From the NCBI GenBank assembly GCA_002633005.1, contig NMRA01000017.1, positions 1,568,944 to 1,632,943 of the forward strand: DNA of 64,000 nt. The letters run 5' to 3'. Positions 61,001-64,000 of this stretch are shown here, one piece after another. The notes below the pieces were generated by a model. The model made no database searches, had not been told where the DNA came from, and saw nothing but the letters and a program-made list of their open reading frames with translations. The position numbers were made by a program, and so were the translations under genes. How positions within the stretch are numbered: the stretch's first letter is position 1; each line of letters opens with the position of its first letter. The DNA comes from Phoronis australis. Lineage: Eukaryota > Animalia > Phoronida.

Positions 61001-62464
61001 TTGAGAATAGAATACATTTCAACTTGAACGTGCAAGAAAATTTTCAAAAAATTGTGAGCTCCACAAAACTATTGTTTGCGGAACGGTTTCGCATGCGCAA
61101 TGGTTCCGCAACTGTCACATTGATGAACTAATTATTATTAGGATCGTCACATTGATACTTTCAAGTGGTATTGGTTATGGAATGCATTTTAACCTGATTG
61201 GGCATTAGAATTAAAAAAAATTGAGTGCTCCAAAGATTCTGTTTGCGGAATCGTTCCGCATGTGGAACAGTTCTGCAACCATTACATTGATTCATTATAG
61301 AGAGTGGGCACATTATTCTTCATGTTTATTGGGCCAGAAAATTAAAAATTTTAGTCCTGTGTTAAACATTTCTGTTTGTGGAGCCTTTCTGCAACTGTCA
61401 CATTCAACTTTATGTGCGGAATATTAGGCATGGCAAAAATTGAACTTCTAATTAAGAAAATGCTAATGAAGGAAATAAAAAATGTAACATTGTAAACATG
61501 TTTAGGGTAAGGTATAGATTTGTTTCATAAAATTTTTTATGGCCCTAAGTGGATATAAAAAAGTGCAGAACCATTCCGCACACTTTGAGACTAAATAAGT
61601 TAGTCTCATTTGACAGTATTGCGGGCATGGTTTCAAACTGAAAGGAGTCATCACAAGTTGAATTTATGAGAATTGTACTGTTGCGTTGCAAAAAACTAGT
61701 CGACTGAGGTAGTGCAAGATAAGGCTACGGGTAAAAAGGACCGCTTTGAGTTGCTTACAATTGGTAACCCTTGATATTGGCCAGACATCTTTAAAGATAT
61801 GTTTTGTCTTTCCTTTTAACGCAATATATTTGAACTTCTGGTAATTTTGGACTACTATGCGTCACAAAATCAAGAACAACCTTCCTGGTGATTCTCTCGA
61901 TTAGACAAGCGGAGTATGAAGCGCTGACTGGTCCATAAGCGATGACCTAGTTTACACAGAGAACCTAGTGGATGACCTAATTTATGTATTGCTGGTAATG
62001 AGAACGATTATCATGCCTGTACGTGAACTTTCCAATTTTTTTCAAGTAACTCATTATACAACAGTGAAGCTTCATTGGAATCAGAGGGACAATGGGGAAA
62101 ATAATCTCGAATGTCATAGTGGCAGCAGTGGACAACTGTGGGGCAAGTCACCTACAAACATGCACCATTGTGAGTAAATACCAAAGAATTAGAGAGTGTA
62201 CTGTCAGTTCAAGAAGACACTATTCAGACGACAGATACGAGTGAAATGCAGATCATGCTTTGGAACGATATTACACTTATGAATAAAGTTGGTGTTTTTA
62301 ACACCAGATCATGGTTTGTATTTAGTCTGAAATCACAGACCAACTTCAAGTACATTTTTGACAGCTAAAACCTTGAACTCATATGGAATTCTTACTCACT
62401 ACACCAGCATTAGTGAGTTTGATGTTCACTGTTGTAGCACAATGAATGTTCACGTCACATGAGT
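6913..62464 (-). CDS. Partial multi-exon gene (19 exons, ~1128 aa in window): large, probably secreted, lipid-transfer-protein-like polypeptide with a LECT2/M23-like domain
   Basis: Nineteen exons with GT donors and AG acceptors join into one stop-free frame, with matching phase at every junction. No start or stop codon found. The product call is motif-based inference. Confidence 0.85.
7740..8225 (+). repeat. Unclassified interspersed repeat (other copies at ~18385-18840 and ~31440-31660)
   Basis: Shared diverged sequence such as ccaatgtttacatagtc...catctgataagctc. Confidence 0.7.
8366..8436 (-). CDS. Exon 18 (AIGAGGSVGLRLTVGACFLSMKAF)
   Basis: tttcag acceptor, gtaagt donor, phase 1 to 0. 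Confidence 0.9.
9016..9175 (-). CDS. Exon 17 (LISNPELFKEIYSNAFPSKLDVC...MAGPVPMRF)
   Basis: ttacag acceptor, gtaagt donor, phase 0 to 1. Confidence 0.9.
10340..10482 (-). CDS. Exon 16 (GPSNDQTSNQVMSMKLDHF...GAMDA)
   Basis: cctcag acceptor, gtgagt donor, phase 1 to 0. Confidence 0.88.
10643..11330 (+). mobile_element. Degenerate HINE-like copy
   Basis: Starts AACAAGAGCAAC...AAATGCGCC and is followed by ~150 bp units with GCCACTAG/GCCACCAG cores. Confidence 0.65.
12264..12470 (-). CDS. Second copy of exon 15 (probably the other haplotype)
   Basis: Near-identical to 13520-13726, with I/M and E/Q substitutions and intact splice sites. Lies in a duplication joined by a single N. Confidence 0.5.
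13520..13726 (-). CDS. Exon 15 (TGVFTFDFPVGGFGEMIASAQL...WGTCLA)
   Basis: tttcag acceptor, gtaagt donor, 207 nt, phase 1 to 1. Confidence 0.88.
13988..15558. mobile_element. Palindromic (foldback) MITE hosting the piggyBac insertion
   Basis: Inverted arms ccctacaaa...aaggtgaataaatttcctaac / gttaggaaatttattcaccttt...tgtagggg, with further inverted arms at 15195-15440. Confidence 0.65.
14118..15187 (+). mobile_element. piggyBac-like internally deleted element
   Basis: TTAA on both flanks, ends CCCTATCAAC / GTTGAAAAAG, and a transposase-like relic YFKNFYIDEIFGEIVRVINL...LNLT. Confidence 0.85.
15643..15878 (+). mobile_element. tRNA-derived SINE
   Basis: A box TGGCCTAGTTG (15653), B box GGTTCGTGTCC (15696), 3' end shared with the LINE at 28147-28232, T-run tail and a degenerate ~13 bp TSD. 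Confidence 0.8.
15958..16161 (-). CDS. Exon 14 (VCVDMMPHLGRGEGMFCLLHKDCLGATC...TFSAK)
   Basis: cacag acceptor, gtgagt donor, phase 1 to 1. Confidence 0.9.
16316..17272. mobile_element. PIF/Harbinger-type non-autonomous element
   Basis: ~45 bp TIR (GGCCCTGTCACACCTTGA.GATTTAGCCAGCGTATGCCGAC) and TAA TSD. Confidence 0.88.
19003..21633 (+). mobile_element. Helentron/HINE-like tandem elements
   Basis: 5' ACAAGAGCAACG...AATGC end, ~150 bp core repeats, and 3' hairpin ends at about 20640 and 21630. Confidence 0.8.
22007..22278 (-). CDS. Exon 13 (TKAPNILDLLDVNKF...LRSMLKQKNLEPKGSFEQMVLQFLSFPKD)
   Basis: tttcag acceptor, gtaagt donor, phase 2 to 1. Confidence 0.92.
23435..24015. repeat. Diverged direct repeat, ~420 bp spacing
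   Basis: atgacctttgcact...tgcattac.agccct occurs at about 23493 and 23913. Confidence 0.55.
24075..24678 (-). mobile_element. Kolobok-like non-autonomous DNA transposon
   Basis: Perfect TIR AGGAGAATGCCACCC with TTAA TSD. Confidence 0.85.
24780..25369 (-). CDS. Exon 12 (LVNPVVGLVK...AGKPIGNV...FIHF...YVNPTQFL...LFTSN)
   Basis: tttcag acceptor, gtgagt donor, 590 nt open, phase 0 to 2. Confidence 0.93.
26098..28344 (+). mobile_element. Tc2/pogo-like HIRAN-carrying element, copy 2 (longer variant, left TIR not seen)
   Basis: Colinear with 2170-3445, right TIR ...GCGGTTATTACGGTGAATACGG. Its left part is also present at about 11360-11700. Confidence 0.8.
27773..28232 (+). mobile_element. 5'-truncated LINE (LOA/R1-like C-terminal CCHC region plus 3' UTR)
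   Basis: ILTGHCNL..H...SPVCPECGTDVESPKHLVESCPAF, TSD TAAGGCATTT (27763-27772 and 28233-28242), T-run tail. Confidence 0.88.
28565..28739 (-). CDS. Exon 11 (IVDKSRALIRKLFGPKF...CDDSPCACGNF...LDGVDIRANSNAK)
   Basis: ttttaag acceptor, gtaagt donor, phase 2 to 0. Start of the LECT2/M23-like domain. Confidence 0.9.
28836..30160 (+). mobile_element. Tc2/pogo-like HIRAN-carrying element, copy 3
   Basis: TA-CCGTATTTGCCCCAATAAG ... CTTATTAGGGCCAATACGG-TA, with the best-preserved HIRAN-like frame at about 29720-30030. Confidence 0.85.
31204..31370 (-). CDS. Exon 10 (EQQEREIAEKFLKMLQETL...FDLKT)
   Basis: ttccag acceptor, gtaagt donor, phase 0 to 2. Confidence 0.9.
31665..32048 (+). mobile_element. 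Right end of the HIRAN-carrying element, copy 4
   Basis: Matches 27350-27770 plus the right TIR GGCGGTTATTACGGCAAATACGG-TA. Confidence 0.8.
32049..32456. mobile_element. Right end of a second Tc2/pogo-like family
   Basis: Matches 44930-45260. Ends CCGAACATTTACGG-TA, complementary to the TIR at 42610. Confidence 0.7.
32470..33970 (+). mobile_element. Helentron/HINE-like tandem elements
   Basis: Core repeats, GGAC microsatellites, and hairpin ends at about 33175 and 33845. Confidence 0.8.
34096..34262 (-). CDS. Exon 9 (GELPYWMNPGNELEYLIEDIK...GILTQ)
   Basis: tttaag acceptor, gtaaac donor, phase 1 to 0. Confidence 0.85.
34339..35090. repeat. Local direct repeat (~200 bp arms, ~550 bp apart)
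   Basis: aacatatgtcc...cgttaccagagatgaaaaggaga...ttatgactaatacaat occurs twice. Confidence 0.7.
35728..37393. mobile_element. Young composite element with subterminal inverted repeats
   Basis: 35728-37188 is almost identical to 62540-64000. Inverted repeat CCGCATTTATCCACCTT / AAGGTGGATAAATACGG. Contains a fragment of the HIRAN-element left end (35972-36510). Confidence 0.75.
37509..37579 (-). CDS. Exon 8 (NIKMSVSMLIGAKQKIEESCFFLS)
   Basis: ttccag acceptor, gtgagc donor, phase 2 to 1. Needed to bridge the phases of exons 7 and 9. Confidence 0.85.
37944..38086 (-). CDS. Exon 7 (SVVDTITVTLPFVIRRVIDAINS...LRAIM)
   Basis: tgtag acceptor, gtatgt donor, phase 0 to 2. Confidence 0.9.
39367..39808. 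mobile_element. PIF/Harbinger-like MITE (old)
   Basis: Imperfect TIR TTGCATGAAACAGTCC / GGACTGTTTCATGCAA with CWG flanks. Confidence 0.65.
41087..41298 (-). CDS. Exon 6 (EKGIKGIINDLVNIVRDFP...ILNFYN)
   Basis: tttcag acceptor, gtaagc donor, phase 1 to 0. Amphipathic helices. Confidence 0.9.
42610..45262. mobile_element. Nested Tc2/pogo-like non-autonomous element
   Basis: Left end TA-CTGTAAATGTTCAGGTTAACGCCC. The internal part 43840-44830 is an inverted, diverged homologue of 50190-51415. Confidence 0.6.
45352..48330 (+). mobile_element. Helentron/HINE-like tandem elements (contains assembly gap)
   Basis: 5' AACAAGAGCAACGCGGAGCGTTGAAATGCGCCCAC, core repeats, (GGAC)n at 46768-46791, hairpin ends at about 46836 and 48325. 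Confidence 0.8.
45737..46555. other. Assembly gap
   Basis: Run of N. Confidence 1.
48609..49009. mobile_element. PIF/Harbinger-like MITE A
   Basis: TIR GGCCCGGTCTC.AATCTTT with CTG TSD. Confidence 0.85.
49013..49161. mobile_element. PIF/Harbinger-like MITE B
   Basis: TIR GGC..GGTTGCATAAA / TTTATGCAACCTGGCC with CTG TSD. Confidence 0.75.
49570..51415. mobile_element. Tc2/pogo-like relic
   Basis: Begins TA-CGGTGTTTTCTCTATT with repeated aattcgtaca motifs, and is homologous in inverted orientation to 43840-44830. Confidence 0.5.
51416..52590 (+). mobile_element. L1/Tx1-clade non-LTR retrotransposon ORF2 fragment (RT N-terminal half), frameshifted and truncated
   Basis: KGSILRSKAQWAEQGE, KTPGNDG, NWRPISLLNCDYK, LDFKKAYDTV and GLRQGDPLS motifs. 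Breaks off before YADD. Confidence 0.93.
53097..53217 (-). CDS. Exon 5 (DFGINDVSDLANLFDKVVSS...LISFFK)
   Basis: tttcag acceptor, gtgagt donor, phase 0 to 1. Confidence 0.9.
53324..53399. repeat. Minisatellite, 4 x 19 bp
   Basis: (tcattgtgttgccaaacat) repeated four times with few changes. Confidence 0.95.
53895..54040 (-). CDS. Exon 4 (KPLSGFFEIDIYNHAYVKALLG...YDLNVLK)
   Basis: tttcag acceptor, gtgaat donor, phase 1 to 0. Confidence 0.9.
54357..54538 (-). CDS. Exon 3 (EKYTYPVVMQSRSKRSLADIF...NRMELQL)
   Basis: cag acceptor, gtatgt donor, phase 2 to 1. Contains RSKR. Confidence 0.9.
54984..58080. mobile_element. Tc2/pogo-like DNA transposon, ~3.1 kb, no intact transposase visible
   Basis: Perfect 25 bp TIR CGGTAAAGTCGCGTGATTTTCGGAC with TA TSD. 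Includes the N gap. Confidence 0.85.
55455..55944. other. Assembly gap
   Basis: Run of N. Confidence 1.
59110..59240 (-). CDS. Exon 2 (SAAVLMDIALNDYYDTVREQAYKLYVNHPQRRNMSAEERDMVFA)
   Basis: tag acceptor, gtaagt donor, phase 0 to 2. HEAT-like helical pattern. Confidence 0.85.
60388..61022. repeat. Long inverted repeat / foldback element (~185 bp arms)
   Basis: 60388-60570 is the imperfect reverse complement of 60838-61022. A ttccgcaactgtcacattgat-containing repeat occurs between and to the right of the arms. Confidence 0.8.
62400..62464 (-). CDS. Exon 1 in window (xSCDVNIHCATTVNIKLTNAGV)
   Basis: ttctaacag acceptor, gtgagtaag donor, only one open frame, ends phase 0 matching the next exon. 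Short, so less certain. Confidence 0.55.
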
Positions 62465-62539
62465 CTGTTAGAATTAAGAATAAGGTAAACTTCCCTTTCG
62501 GAGTCATTAAGTTTATTGAAACCACGAGCTTTTGGTCTC

Positions 62540-64000
62540 CATGTCGTGAACACATCCACTAAAACAAGAAACTGCAGGAACACCGCATTTATCCACCTTC
62601 ACTCTTATCAGGCTTCTATTGTGAGTCAGCATGCGTGAATAATTGGCTGATAAGCCACCTCTGGAACTACTTTTGGCTGAATGGATGACCAGGCCATAAA
62701 ATGATAATATTAGCCAAGACCAGTTACTAATGCAACAAAGAATAATGTCGTAGTATCACCTAGCCTTGGTGGAAAGCTGTATACTGTATTGGCTCTAATA
62801 AACGCTTAGAAAAAATCATTTCACGGGGAGGGGATTCTTATTGTAGCCTACGGCAGTTGAAAGCCGGTTTCCCAAACGGGTAAAATCGGAAGCTAGGATT
62901 CATAAAATTTACGCTTTGTGACGAATTTTTAGCCTATGACAGTCTTTCTACAAAATTGTGGTGCATTGCTATGAACTTCCGTTGTTAAATTACGATAATT
63001 TTTCAAAAAATTGTGCTCATCACAGGGCGAAAACTTGCCGACTGATGCGTCGCCGCTGAATCGCCATCGTCAATAGGAAAACTTGTACTCTTGAATAAAA
63101 ATATAGTTTCGACTCAACAAATTACCTGAAATCTTCCTGATGTTTTACAATTTTTAAAGTTCATGTGGAGTCCAGATTAATTGCGATTAAGTCCAAATGT
63201 GCGCTACATCGTACTCCACAACAAGAGAAAAATCTCTGGATGAACACACATGTTGTTGTCACGTGACGTTTGTTTTGAAGGTCGTCTGTGTATGAGAGTG
63301 AGTGAGCGTGCGTGTGCGGGTCATCGACGATAGACTTTTTTGTTACAAAAGGCGGAGGATTATGCAAGAAAATGGCGTTTACTAGATTGTTTTTCACTTA
63401 AACGGCTGTAACGTGCAAGGTGAGTGCTGGTTAACTCACAGATTTTGTGTGCACAGGCCGACTGTCGTTAGCTCTGCCGTGGAGTATTAATAGTCCAAGG
63501 CTCGATCTACATGTTGGGGACGAAATGAACTACCCGGGCTGTGTGAAATTTCTGGGTCTAACGGAGACACTGACGCAGTGGTCAGTCAGATCGCTGTATC
63601 AAGACTATAGTCAAAATCCAAATTCGTTTTATCGTGTCCCTGTCAATAATAACGGCATGTTAAAGCCTTCTTAATTTTCGTACTTCAGGAACATAACAAT
63701 CACGTGTTTTGTACACATACGCGCACGCCGCAGATCACATCTCGGAAATTGCCGATTTGACGGATGACAATGAATGAACACAATGAAATTAACAACGTCG
63801 TTTTACAGCTTGTAAGATTCATAATAAAAGTATTTTGAATATTGCAATGCATGTGTTCCAAAATCTAAATAACTTGGGTCCTATATTTTTGTATTAGTGC
63901 GCGCCGAATGAAAGTAATCGTGAGTGTTGCTGTGTTGCAAAATCTCTTATCCTGGGCCGATTTGAAAAATTCAAAGTTGTACTCATATTTGTTTTCGCTC
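62540..64000. mobile_element. Second copy of the young composite element (runs off the window)
   Basis: Direct repeat of 35728-37188 at an offset of 26812 bp, with only a few SNPs near the left end. Confidence 0.85.

Overview
AT-rich eukaryotic genomic DNA, probably from an invertebrate animal (inference), from a draft assembly with two N gaps and one single-N join. A single large gene on the minus strand crosses the window. I reconstructed 19 phase-compatible GT-AG exons between 62464 and 6913 (3385 nt, about 1128 aa). The start and end of the gene were not found and probably lie outside the window. The predicted protein reads: helical segment, RSKR furin-type site, beta-strand region, long amphipathic helices (together resembling a large lipid transfer protein), a degenerate LECT2/peptidase-M23-like domain, a SAP-like motif, a Cys-containing segment and a second beta-rich region. 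The introns are packed with nested transposon relics: Gypsy, LOA/R1-like and L1/Tx1 retroelement fragments, a tRNA-derived SINE, piggyBac, Kolobok, hAT-like, PIF/Harbinger, maT (DD37D) and Tc2/pogo-like DNA elements, and Helentron/HINE-like elements whose ~150 bp internal repeats each carry a CTCF-like motif. One Tc2/pogo-like family carries a HIRAN-like ORF. Family assignments come from manual motif recognition, not database searches.
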